From positions 55,142 to 119,141 of IMG/VR virus record IMGVR_UViG_3300021964_000021: DNA of 64,000 nucleotides. The stretch is one strand, 5' to 3'. The position numbers were made by a program, and so were the translations under genes. Source of the DNA: a virus. Positions 55,564 through 64,000 of the stretch are shown piece by piece (position 1 is the first letter of the stretch; each line of letters starts with the position of its first letter). Under the pieces are notes generated by a model, which had not been told where the DNA came from, did not search any database, and saw only the letters and a program-made list of their open reading frames with translations.

Positions 55564-56672
55564 TGATTAGATATCAACAACAATATACTGCTAGTGGCAC
55601 TGGTCTGGGTTGTCAGATCTCCACCTATGTTTTGATGCGGGCACTGGCACAAGACACTGGGTTTGATTGGTCTATCTCAAGTAAGGATTTTAATCTACTG
55701 CGTAATACATTCTCTGAGTTGCCACTGGTAATTGATGATAGTGATCAAGAGTATGTGGATATGGAGTTGGATGATGAGGTAGGATACAACTATATTAAAG
55801 ATAATATCCAAGATAATTCTAAATTGTTCATTTATCCAACAATTAAGAACATCAACTCTGAGCATACTATTCGTCTTTACAATGAGTTGAGATTTAGGCA
55901 GGACATTGTAGATAAGTGTCGCGCATTTAGGGATAAGTTTGATGGTGAAGTCATTGCCATGCATGTTCGTAGAGGTGACTTTATGGATCTAAGCAGTGGT
56001 ATGTTCCTTTGTGGTGCAGATTACTATCGTAATGCACTTAATGAATTACCATCAGATTTGCCTGTACTGATCTTCACCAATGACAAAGATAATGTTATTG
56101 CTGATAATGATCTGATTGCAAGTAATCCAGAGAGATTTACATTTATCACTGATCTATATAATGACAATGAATTGATTAATTGTGATGTAGGTCAGGAATT
56201 AGATCGTTTGATTGATAATGATGGTTTGAATTGTAAGTTTAACTATCAGAATGCTATTCTACGATTGGCTCATAATAATCTGAAGAGTTTTGCTCGTGAT
56301 GCCTCTGGGTATACAATGGAGCAACTGAAGAGTGAAGTCAAAGAAATCACGGCAGAACTACATCCCACATATAAGAGTAAGATTAAATCTCAGTCATATA
56401 ATGCATCATATGACTTATGCTTGATGTCTATGTGTGATTACTTCATCATGGCAAATAGTACATTTGGCATGTGGGGTGCAAAACTTGGTAATCCAAAAAA
56501 AGTTGTTTATCCAATGTATTGGATTCAAGGACATCCTGAAGAGGGTGCAGCAGCAATTAAAACTGATTTAAATGGATTTAATCAAACAAAGCATCATGCT
56601 GGTTCATTTATTAAAGAAAACTTTATTCCTGTAGAGAATCCCGATCCACGTTCATTTGAGGTTGTAAGTTGA
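55563..56672 (+). CDS. Glycosyltransferase family 11 (alpha-1,2-fucosyltransferase-like)
   Basis: GLGCQI, MHVRRGDF, YYRNAL, IFTND, DLCLMSMCDYFIMANSTFGMWGA. Confidence 0.85.
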   Translation: MIRYQQQYTASGTGLGCQISTYVLMRALAQDTGFDWSISSKDFNLLRNTFSELPLVIDDSDQEYVDMELDDEVGYNYIKDNIQDNSKLFIYPTIKNINSEHTIRLYNELRFRQDIVDKCRAFRDKFDGEVIAMHVRRGDFMDLSSGMFLCGADYYRNALNELPSDLPVLIFTNDKDNVIADNDLIASNPERFTFITDLYNDNELINCDVGQELDRLIDNDGLNCKFNYQNAILRLAHNNLKSFARDASGYTMEQLKSEVKEITAELHPTYKSKIKSQSYNASYDLCLMSMCDYFIMANSTFGMWGAKLGNPKKVVYPMYWIQGHPEEGAAAIKTDLNGFNQTKHHAGSFIKENFIPVENPDPRSFEVVS

Positions 56673-56673
56673 C

Positions 56674-56880
56674 ATGTCTGACAGAGCACGACGTTTAGAA
56701 CAAGAGTATTTGAAGCAGATGCAAGCACTGCTCAGGACTACTCATGATAAAAAGTCTAAGATTGGTGCTAGGGCACTGGGTGGATTTGTTCGCGCCCTTG
56801 TAGATGAGAGTCCTAGCATGAATTTGAAGACTGCAAGGGAATTATTCCAAATTGCAGAAGAACTGGAGCAACTATCCTAA
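56674..56880 (+). CDS. Hypothetical protein
   Basis: 68-aa ORF contiguous with GT11. Confidence 0.5.
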   Translation: MSDRARRLEQEYLKQMQALLRTTHDKKSKIGARALGGFVRALVDESPSMNLKTARELFQIAEELEQLS

Positions 56881-56890
56881 CTAGTTAAAC

Positions 56891-56936
56891 AAGTGGCACA
56901 CAGGCGCTTGTAGGGGGCACTCAGAGCATATATCTT
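56891..56936 (+). promoter_or_regulatory. Early promoter with upstream AAGTGGCACA motif
   Basis: AAGTGGCACA, then TTGTAG-N17-TATCTT. Confidence 0.55.
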
Positions 56937-57077
56937 ATGGGAGTCAACAAACTACTGACATGGACGACTACAACGAGTTCCAACTTCAGAACCTGATGAA
57001 CATTGATGACATTGACCTGGAGTCTCTCCTGGTTGAAGAGTTCCCCAAAGAAGAAGAACTACCAATGGACCTATTGA

Positions 57078-57296
57078 ATGAGTACTGATGATTGGCGCTA
57101 CAGTGATGAGCGCATGGACATTAGAACACAGGGACTGAACATTCTACTAAAGAAGTTTGGGTCTGAGCTGTGTTCTGATGGTTCGCCACGTTATTCCAAC
57201 CAAAGTATCTATGAATGCGTTCACGACTGGGTATCCCAGGGCAACGTGAGGACAGATGGCATCGTGGCATACTACAAGGCATATTATGGGAATTAA
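57078..57296 (+). CDS. Hypothetical protein
   Basis: DWRYSDERM...PRYSNQSIYECVHDWVSQG. Confidence 0.65.
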   Translation: MSTDDWRYSDERMDIRTQGLNILLKKFGSELCSDGSPRYSNQSIYECVHDWVSQGNVRTDGIVAYYKAYYGN

Positions 57297-57440
57297 ACTC
57301 CCAGGACCTAAAAACGGTGCTGGGTTGATCCCCATCGGACTCTGCTTCGTCTTTGCTATTGCAATTATCGTCGCGGGGTACTATCATGGCAACATGCACC
57401 TGATCACGGTGCTCAAAAACGCTGGATTCCTCAACTGATC

Positions 57441-57650
57441 ATGTTCACCAAACTGATGGACGACTTCTACACCTATCAGGAGGACAACACCTACCTGATC
57501 TTTGAACTGCAAAGGGACGGTACTGTTGCTGTCCATGAAGACTACTACCGCACTGGTGGTGGTGTACAATATGATCCTAACGTTGGTGCCAGCGACGATG
57601 AGTTGACTGACATCTGCGACCGTGCCTACGCTATCCTCAAAGCAGCATGA
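57441..57650 (+). CDS. Hypothetical protein
   Basis: 69-aa ORF in a co-directional early cluster. Confidence 0.55.
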   Translation: MFTKLMDDFYTYQEDNTYLIFELQRDGTVAVHEDYYRTGGGVQYDPNVGASDDELTDICDRAYAILKAA

Positions 57651-57804
57651 TTACCGACGACACCCAAACTGCTCAACTCCGCCGTCAGATTCTCAACAGC
57701 ATTGAGACCTATGACATTGAGTTGCTCAAGCGCATTGCTTATGAGTGCCGATGTGAAGAGAATGGCATTCACCCTGACATGACGTACATTCGCAACTGGG
57801 ACAA

Positions 57805-58062
57805 ATGATTGTCGAACTCAAGCGTAGTGAGTGGGAGTGTTATACTGACACTCCCGATGGTGTAATTGACACTGTAAATGGTTATTTTACCGATGTTCTT
57901 CGTCGGTGTAATACACCTGCTTTTGCACAACATGAGATGTACAAGTTCTTGAATCTCTATGCAGAGTGGGGATTCCGAGACAGTGAGTGCAATCAAGTTG
58001 TGACTGATGTAGTCAACAAACGGTTCAAAACAAACATCAATCGTTGGGAGTCTTTGGTATGA
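57805..58062 (+). CDS. Hypothetical protein
   Basis: 85-aa ORF. Confidence 0.55.
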   Translation: MIVELKRSEWECYTDTPDGVIDTVNGYFTDVLRRCNTPAFAQHEMYKFLNLYAEWGFRDSECNQVVTDVVNKRFKTNINRWESLV

Positions 58063-58241
58063 TTGAACAGCAAATGAATCTGAGTATTGACTCTGAAGAG
58101 CATGAGATGATTAACATTGCTCTGGGTCATATGATTGATGCCGCCCAAGAGTTTACAACAGAGAAGAATGATCGTGTACTCATTCTTGAACGTGTTCGTG
58201 AGAAGTCATGGAAGTTATGGGCAGAGAGGTTTAAGCAATGA
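58059..58241 (+). CDS. Hypothetical protein
   Basis: ATGA overlap with the previous ORF. Confidence 0.5.
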   Translation: MIEQQMNLSIDSEEHEMINIALGHMIDAAQEFTTEKNDRVLILERVREKSWKLWAERFKQ

Positions 58242-58389
58242 AGCGTATCACTGTAAAAATGACCTATCTTGATGGTAGGATAGAGGAGCAATCAGTTCCA
58301 GTGGCATGTAGTGCCGATGAATTGATCAATATGTTGATGGAGACAGTTCCTATGATTGCTAATGTTGAGTTTATCAAAGAGGGACCAGC

Positions 58390-58653
58390 ATGAAGTATGT
58401 CATAGAACTGGATGAAGCAACATATCAATACTTCAGGGGTATTGTATTGTCTGATGATGGATTGCCTATGTTTTCTAATGCATATGCAGATGAGGGATAC
58501 AAACTCCGTGTTGCAATGAAGCGAGCAGAAGCTGAAGTTGCATGGGAGAAGTATAATGAGTTGATGCCACCAGATACGCAGTTTAGGGAGTATAATAGCA
58601 AGGAAGAGTTCTTCGTCAACGAATACTTTATTAATCCTCATGAAGTGGTTTGA
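58390..58653 (+). CDS. Hypothetical protein
   Basis: 87-aa ORF. Confidence 0.5.
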   Translation: MKYVIELDEATYQYFRGIVLSDDGLPMFSNAYADEGYKLRVAMKRAEAEVAWEKYNELMPPDTQFREYNSKEEFFVNEYFINPHEVV

Positions 58654-58834
58654 TCCCCCCAAGACAATAGAAGGGTTGAAGAAGCGAGGTCAGTTGTATC
58701 TCCTTCTGATTAACATTATTATTGGAACAACCAACTTCTTTGTACTGGTTGATAGATTAGAACGACCGCAAGGTAATTTAATTCTTCTTTGTCGCACCGT
58801 TAATTTTACTGACACTGTTTGTGTAGAACAATGA
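58640..58834 (+). CDS. Small hypothetical membrane protein
   Basis: Single hydrophobic helix. Confidence 0.45.
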   Translation: MKWFDPPKTIEGLKKRGQLYLLLINIIIGTTNFFVLVDRLERPQGNLILLCRTVNFTDTVCVEQ

Positions 58835-59406
58835 CTTACGAAGCAGAAGTTCAATTCAAGTTTGATGCAACTTACACTCACTCCTATAGTGGTGGGTTTG
58901 GTTCTACCATTGGTGATGATGACTTCCTCCCTGAGGAGCATTTCCTGATCACTGCACCTGCTGCCGATCTGAATGCCAAACAGTATTTCAAACTGTTTGA
59001 GAAGTTCATGCTCTGTGTGGGTATGTGCCCCAGTTCTATTCGCTCTGGTGCTATGTCACTGGTCTTCAACGATTATGTTACTGAGGAAGATCAACGTAAG
59101 GTATGTAATGAGTATGAACTGACCATGGATGAGGACCTGGAGAAGAAATACCAGGACTTCAAACAACGTGATGAAGAATGGGCAAAACTGAATAAACAAT
59201 ACAAAGAACATGTTGTAAGTGAACCCAAGATCAAAGGTGACTGGGAGCAAATGACTGATGAAGAGCGTGAACATCAGTGGGAGAAAAGTTACTGGCAACT
59301 ATATCGTCGCTTCCAACGCTTTGCCATTTATAGTGATGAGCAACTGAATGAAATGGTTGATGCATACGAGCGACTCAAACTTGATAGTGCTAATGGAGTA
59401 GCATGA
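58831..59406 (+). CDS. Hypothetical protein
   Basis: MTYEAEVQFKFDAT...EHFLITAPAADLN. Confidence 0.65.
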   Translation: MTYEAEVQFKFDATYTHSYSGGFGSTIGDDDFLPEEHFLITAPAADLNAKQYFKLFEKFMLCVGMCPSSIRSGAMSLVFNDYVTEEDQRKVCNEYELTMDEDLEKKYQDFKQRDEEWAKLNKQYKEHVVSEPKIKGDWEQMTDEEREHQWEKSYWQLYRRFQRFAIYSDEQLNEMVDAYERLKLDSANGVA

Positions 59407-59627
59407 TGGAAAGTAAGTACTGGGATGTAATGAACAAGTTGGAAGAATCTTTCTCCAACATCAACTCTATTAGTTTCATGTTAGAAGAACTAACTGAAGC
59501 AATGGACAACAACCGTATGGATGCTGCCCATGACATTGCACATGCATTGAATGCATTCCTGCCAGTATATACTGACAACTGGGATCGAAACTTCAAGAAA
59601 GCATGGGATCATGTTGTCAATGAGTAG
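59403..59627 (+). CDS. Hypothetical protein
   Basis: 74-aa helical ORF. Confidence 0.6.
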   Translation: MMESKYWDVMNKLEESFSNINSISFMLEELTEAMDNNRMDAAHDIAHALNAFLPVYTDNWDRNFKKAWDHVVNE

Positions 59628-59802
59628 ATTCATTAAAAATCCTGATGAGATCGTCCTTGAAGACGTTTCCATGCTACATTATGAGGTGATGGAACAGGGA
59701 CGTGCTGTGTGGTTGGGAATCTATCTCAACAATGGCAAAATGTATCACCTGAACATCGGTGGTGACAATCTTTATGTGAATTATTCTGATGAAACTCTTT
59801 GA
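59620..59802 (+). CDS. Hypothetical protein
   Basis: RFIKNPDEIVLEDV..LHYEVME..RAVWLGIY. Confidence 0.55.
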   Translation: MSRFIKNPDEIVLEDVSMLHYEVMEQGRAVWLGIYLNNGKMYHLNIGGDNLYVNYSDETL

Positions 59803-60067
59803 TTATGTCTACTACGAAGACTTTGGGCACGAGTGGTATTTCCAACTGCTCCCAATCTCTACCAAGTTTGCTCTCATTGATATGGTAGTTCAGTGGGATG
59901 ATTTTGCTTCTCCTGAATGGTATCCATATGGAGTCATTGGCATTGGTCCTCGTGACATTGGTTTCACATTTAGGTGGAGGAAGTTTGAACTTCGTTTTGA
60001 TGTGCTGGACTTTGAACCACGCAATCTAGCAAAGTATCGTCGTTACAAATCAGGTGATTATCGATGA
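59789..60067 (+). CDS. Hypothetical protein
   Basis: YEDFGHEWYFQ. Confidence 0.55.
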   Translation: MKLFDYVYYEDFGHEWYFQLLPISTKFALIDMVVQWDDFASPEWYPYGVIGIGPRDIGFTFRWRKFELRFDVLDFEPRNLAKYRRYKSGDYR

Positions 60068-60208
60068 CTAACGAACAAATTACAATGCTTCGTAATCTCA
60101 TTAAAGATGAGATTGAATGTGCTCAGATTGATAGTATGGAGCATGGTCAATGGGGATGGGCAGAGAAACAACTGGATGAAGGATGGAAAGTATTTCAGGA
60201 GAGTTTCA

Positions 60209-60649
60209 ATGACTTACCCTGATGACATGTTTGAAGAAGCAGAACGTCGTGAACGTGAAGTTCAAGAAAATATTGAACGTGCTATAGAACTCGATAAAGA
60301 GATCGAAGAAGCAGCACGTAAAGAGAAAGAAGATAGAGTGCTTCAAATCGCCAAAGATGCTATGGATAAGTATGATGAAGCATTCAAGAAACTGGCACGT
60401 ATTGAACGTGCTGAGCGTATCTTAGAACGATACAATCGCTTCTACAACATTGAATGCTCTGGTATCACCTGGGGCACACCTATCACACCTGAGTTTCAAC
60501 AAGCGATGACTCTAGAATGTCTGCTTGATGCTCTACGTTGTGAGAATCTCAACCATGAGTTTGATGTGATTCCCACTGCTGACATCAATGATTTGATCGA
60601 CAATTTGTATCAACAAGGAAAAGATTATCTTGAACGAGTGAAACAATGA
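60209..60649 (+). CDS. Hypothetical protein
   Basis: Coiled-coil N-terminus; AGGAG RBS before ATG 60209. Confidence 0.55.
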   Translation: MTYPDDMFEEAERREREVQENIERAIELDKEIEEAARKEKEDRVLQIAKDAMDKYDEAFKKLARIERAERILERYNRFYNIECSGITWGTPITPEFQQAMTLECLLDALRCENLNHEFDVIPTADINDLIDNLYQQGKDYLERVKQ

Positions 60650-60855
60650 CTGAAGAACAACAAGAACTCTATGATATTGTAGCAGATTGGTGGGATGATG
60701 TATTCTGTGCCGCATCCTACAAAGGTAAAGATGCTTCACTCATTGATCTTGTCAATGCTATCACTGAATGGAGAAATCGAGATGAGTATGTAGAAGATCC
60801 CTGGAATCTACAACCACGTCAACCAATGCAACCTGTGAAGAAACCACAACTATGA
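60646..60855 (+). CDS. Hypothetical protein
   Basis: ATGA overlap. Confidence 0.5.
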   Translation: MTEEQQELYDIVADWWDDVFCAASYKGKDASLIDLVNAITEWRNRDEYVEDPWNLQPRQPMQPVKKPQL

Positions 60856-61064
60856 CTCCCGAATTTCGTAATGGTGTCGCATTTAGTATTGCCATCACGG
60901 CATTTGCTTTTGTAGTGATTGCCATGGTTGTTGGTGATAATACACCAATCGATGAGTCATCATTTGAGGTGGTTGACAAATACAAAGAGTGTGATATAGT
61001 AAGATATGCTCCCAATCAGGCAGCAACATACAAGTATTTCATGTATTGTGAGAAGAACAAATGA
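60852..61064 (+). CDS. Small hypothetical membrane protein
   Basis: TM helix then FEVVDKYKECDIVRY. Confidence 0.6.
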   Translation: MTPEFRNGVAFSIAITAFAFVVIAMVVGDNTPIDESSFEVVDKYKECDIVRYAPNQAATYKYFMYCEKNK

Positions 61065-61441
61065 GTATTCCCAATTTTAAATCTCAAGAAGATTGGCAAG
61101 AGTTTCTCAACATCTTTGATAGTCAGTGGCATTGTAAGCGAGAAATGCTAAATCGTGTCAAGGATGATATGCTCCCTGGATACAACTGGGATCAACTTCA
61201 ACCACATACAATGGAAGTCATCAATGATATTGTATCTAACCTTGTGTATGAGGTAGAGCGTCAGTTCAAAGAGAACCATCAGGACTATAAGACTGAGGAT
61301 GATGAGATGTTCATTCCTTATCGTTCGTTTAAGGAGAATGTAACAGAAGCACTCGAAAGTGCTCTTGATGCATATCATGTTAAGAAGGAATGTCCTCCAT
61401 GTGATGCATTAGCATGTGTAGATCATTTAGCTGATGAGTGA
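61061..61441 (+). CDS. Hypothetical protein
   Basis: 126-aa ORF, ATGA overlap. Confidence 0.6.
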   Translation: MSIPNFKSQEDWQEFLNIFDSQWHCKREMLNRVKDDMLPGYNWDQLQPHTMEVINDIVSNLVYEVERQFKENHQDYKTEDDEMFIPYRSFKENVTEALESALDAYHVKKECPPCDALACVDHLADE

Positions 61442-61643
61442 TCCAAGGGACATCAACAGTTATAAACATGGTGGGTTAAGTGTAACATCCATCAATATTC
61501 TGAGGTTAATATCAGAATTAGAGGGATGTTACCAACTCACGAAGTATATGGCATTTGATGATGACAATGCTATCATTAATGAGATGAAGGGTAGGTATTA
61601 CAAATTGTACCGTCAATTAGCAAAAGCGGAGAATTCCAAATGA
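61434..61643 (+). CDS. Hypothetical protein
   Basis: HGGL..TSINILRLISELEG. Confidence 0.6.
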   Translation: MSDPRDINSYKHGGLSVTSINILRLISELEGCYQLTKYMAFDDDNAIINEMKGRYYKLYRQLAKAENSK

Positions 61644-61801
61644 TCAGCACCACATTACAAATCAGTGAGGATGGTATTCTAACAATACCTGATGACATGC
61701 TAGAAGAACTAGGATGGAAGGAAGGAGATGAGTTAGAATGGGTTGAACAAGACAATGGAGCATTTATTCTAAGGAAACCAGATGCCAAGGAAGAAGACTG
61801 A
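61640..61801 (+). CDS. AbrB/MazE/SpoVT-like small DNA-binding protein
   Basis: Manual translation MISTTLQISEDGILTIPDDMLEELGWKEGDELEWVEQDNGAFILRK. Confidence 0.7.
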   Translation: MISTTLQISEDGILTIPDDMLEELGWKEGDELEWVEQDNGAFILRKPDAKEED

Positions 61802-62006
61802 AGTTCCAATTAAATTCAACAACTCAAAGAAGTTTGAATTATTCCCATGGGCAATGTTCTTATGGCGACTGGACAATCTAACAGAGAAGAGGACGTGTTG
61901 GTTTGAATGTTATGAACATGCAGAGAAGTATATAAGACGCTATAATTGTAAGTACACATTGCAGCATTACACAGGTGTCAAACACAGAACTAATTCAACC
62001 AAATGA
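61782..62006 (+). CDS. Hypothetical protein
   Basis: TCWFECYEHAEKYIRRY. Confidence 0.55.
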   Translation: MPRKKTEVPIKFNNSKKFELFPWAMFLWRLDNLTEKRTCWFECYEHAEKYIRRYNCKYTLQHYTGVKHRTNSTK

Positions 62007-62205
62007 TCCCAGGTATTTTACTCAGACGAGTGATGGATCATATGATCGTCACTTGTATCGTATTGTACTTGCCAACGGTGAGAGTCTTACGGTAGATGAT
62101 TATGAGCAGATGCGATCATTTTGGTTTAATTATGATTCAAAGTTACTGAGTCATGTTGAAGTTATTGATGATGTGAAGGAATCAGTCAAGGGATTTGGAG
62201 GATAG
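61975..62205 (+). CDS. Hypothetical protein
   Basis: YFTQTSDGSYDRHLY...EVID...KGFG. Confidence 0.6.
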   Translation: MSNTELIQPNDPRYFTQTSDGSYDRHLYRIVLANGESLTVDDYEQMRSFWFNYDSKLLSHVEVIDDVKESVKGFGG

Positions 62206-62211
62206 TACAGT

Positions 62212-63402
62212 ATGTCAGTCAGTAATGCATATGTTGTTGGTTATGGAATGATCGATGCACTGGGGAATACACCAACCCAGTGTTTTGATAATATGCTGAA
62301 TGATTATAATCCCATTCAAAAGTTAGACTGTATGGGTGATCATAAGATTCAGTATGGCATACCATGTCATCATGACACTCTTCTTCCCGAGGGGTTAGCG
62401 CCGCGAAAATTAAAGACAATGACGCGAGCACAAGAACTGGCATTACATGCAACTGAACAAGCACTAAGGCACTCTAAGTTACCACACAGTTCTAATGTCG
62501 CAGTAATTATAAGTTCCTGTTCTAATGATGTAGAGGCACTTGATGCAAACTATCAAAAACTCAAAGATAATAAGCGTGTAAATCCGTTTACTATTGTCAA
62601 TCGTATTCCAGATATGATTGTGGGTCATATCTGTACTGAGTATCAATTCCATGGTGCAAGTTTAGCATTACAAGCAAGTTGTGCTACTGGAATGTATTCT
62701 ATTGATTATGCAATGAGGATACTGGATGAGTATGACTATGTAATTGTCGGAGGTAGTGACGCAGGTGTATTTGAGATGGCATTAAAGTACTTCTCAAGTA
62801 TTGGAGCACTGGGTAATCATAATTGTCCTTTTGATGATAATCGTGAAGGATTTGTAATGGGTGAAGGTGCTGGTGTTTTAATTCTACAGTCAGCAGAGAA
62901 GGTAAGAGAGTATGGATCAAAGATTCATGCAAAGTTATTCCCAGTAGGTTCTGCTACTGATGCATTTGATCTTACGTCACCAGCTACAGATGGTAGGGGT
63001 GCAAAGATTGCAATGAATAAAGCAGTATCAAAGTTACCTACAAATAAGATTGACATGGTATCTGCACATGCTACCAGTACACCAGCAGGTGATGAAGTAG
63101 AGTATAATACTATCACTGATAAGTTCGGAAGTATTCCAATCTATGCACCCAAGTCTAAGATAGGACATACACTATCAGCAGCAAGTATATTGGAGTGTAT
63201 CTACAGTATTGAGAGTATGAAGAATAGAGTGATTCCAAGGTGTTTTAATCTTACTAATGCATCATATGATAATACAAATAGTTTGGTAAGAACACCAGTA
63301 GAATTGTCAGGCACCAATACACTAAGGACACTGAATAATAGTTTTGGATTCGGTGGTAAATGTGCCTCACAAGTTATTGAAGTGAGTTGGTTCTATCCAT
63401 GA
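62212..63402 (+). CDS. fabF: Beta-ketoacyl-ACP synthase (FabF/FabB-like ketosynthase)
   Basis: ASCATG (catalytic Cys), PFDDNREGFVMGEGAGVLIL, SAHATSTPAGD (His), KSKIGHTLSAA (His), NNSFGFGG. Confidence 0.9.
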   Translation: MSVSNAYVVGYGMIDALGNTPTQCFDNMLNDYNPIQKLDCMGDHKIQYGIPCHHDTLLPEGLAPRKLKTMTRAQELALHATEQALRHSKLPHSSNVAVIISSCSNDVEALDANYQKLKDNKRVNPFTIVNRIPDMIVGHICTEYQFHGASLALQASCATGMYSIDYAMRILDEYDYVIVGGSDAGVFEMALKYFSSIGALGNHNCPFDDNREGFVMGEGAGVLILQSAEKVREYGSKIHAKLFPVGSATDAFDLTSPATDGRGAKIAMNKAVSKLPTNKIDMVSAHATSTPAGDEVEYNTITDKFGSIPIYAPKSKIGHTLSAASILECIYSIESMKNRVIPRCFNLTNASYDNTNSLVRTPVELSGTNTLRTLNNSFGFGGKCASQVIEVSWFYP

Positions 63403-63701
63403 ATGCAAAGCAAAGATGGTATCAGAATAATAAGGAGTTGACAAAGAAGAGAGCAGCAGAATCAAAGGCAAGGAAGTATGAGTGGTATAGAGAGTATATG
63501 AGTGATAAGTCATGTAGTATGTGTGGTGTCACAGAGGATCTCCAATGGCATCATATACATGATAATAAACTCGATAATGTGGGGGATTTACTCTATAAAA
63601 AAGGTAAGAATACAATACTCCAAGAGATAGCAAAATGTATCTGTGTATGTAAGGAATGTCATCAAAAAATTCATTCAAATACCCATGGAGATACTCAGTA
63701 G
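63399..63701 (+). CDS. HNH endonuclease
   Basis: CSMCG...LQWHH...EIAKCICVCKECHQKIH. Confidence 0.8.
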   Translation: MNAKQRWYQNNKELTKKRAAESKARKYEWYREYMSDKSCSMCGVTEDLQWHHIHDNKLDNVGDLLYKKGKNTILQEIAKCICVCKECHQKIHSNTHGDTQ

Positions 63702-63964
63702 TATCTCAGCAGTATCTCTCTGATATATTGTATTAATTTATACCAAATAACGTTTTTTTAATATAATAAATGTTATTTTAAATGTATTTGTGTGTTTTGT
63801 TTGCTTTGATACATTGTTTTTCTGCCCTACTAAATATACCCTCTTTTATGTCTTTTTATGCCTTATAATAGTGCTCAGATCCTTGTGATCTTAGACCGCG
63901 TATTCTAGCACAACCGCAAAAAAATGTCAAGGGGCGGGCAAAAAAATTATGAGGATTCTCACAA

Positions 63965-64000
63965 ATCTCGACGAGGGGGTCGCTTGACAATCTCGACGAG
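63965..64000. repeat. Direct repeat ATCTCGACGAG (palindromic core CTCG-A-CGAG), 2 copies, may continue beyond the window
   Basis: Copies at 63965-63975 and 63990-64000 flanking a TTGACA. Confidence 0.6.

Noticed and set aside
1-64000. CRISPR array, reverse transcriptase/DGR, integrase, IS element, psbA/hli/zwf
   Set aside because: No regularly spaced repeat-spacer array, RT (YxDD), recombinase or transposase motifs, or these auxiliary genes were seen; subtle repeats could be missed without computation

Overview
This is a 64-kb segment of a T4-like marine cyanomyovirus (Synechococcus/Prochlorococcus phage; taxon inferred from gene content). Positions 1-19.4 kb are a tail/baseplate module: gp53, gp48, gp2, gp4, a gp54-like gene, gp26/gp51, two tape-measure/hub-like paralogs (one with an M23 peptidase), gp27-like and gp5-like genes, with cp12 embedded. 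Three tRNAs (Gly-TCC, Leu-TAA, Thr-TGT) and a 1942-aa tail fibre with an S74 chaperone follow. The rest is a long accessory region. It carries a restriction-modification-like locus (GIY-YIG/helicase/adenine-MTase fusion, a half-MTase and a second helicase) and a modification-enzyme cluster (many 2OG-Fe(II) oxygenases, two radical SAM paralogs, a carbamoyltransferase, an SGNH-like hydrolase). It also has talC, a late-promoter short-fibre cassette, gnd, a GT11 glycosyltransferase, a FabF-like ketosynthase, two HNH nucleases and many small hypothetical ORFs behind sigma70-like promoters. Most notable: (1) a canonical -1 slippery site that would fuse gp26 to the short gp51 ORF, like lambda G/GT tail chaperones; (2) an apparently split adenine methyltransferase in the RM-like locus; (3) a 2OG-Fe(II) enzyme with a halogenase-type HxG motif; (4) the radical SAM/carbamoyltransferase cluster; (5) a stand-alone FabF. 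All calls come from motif recognition by eye; no database searches were run.
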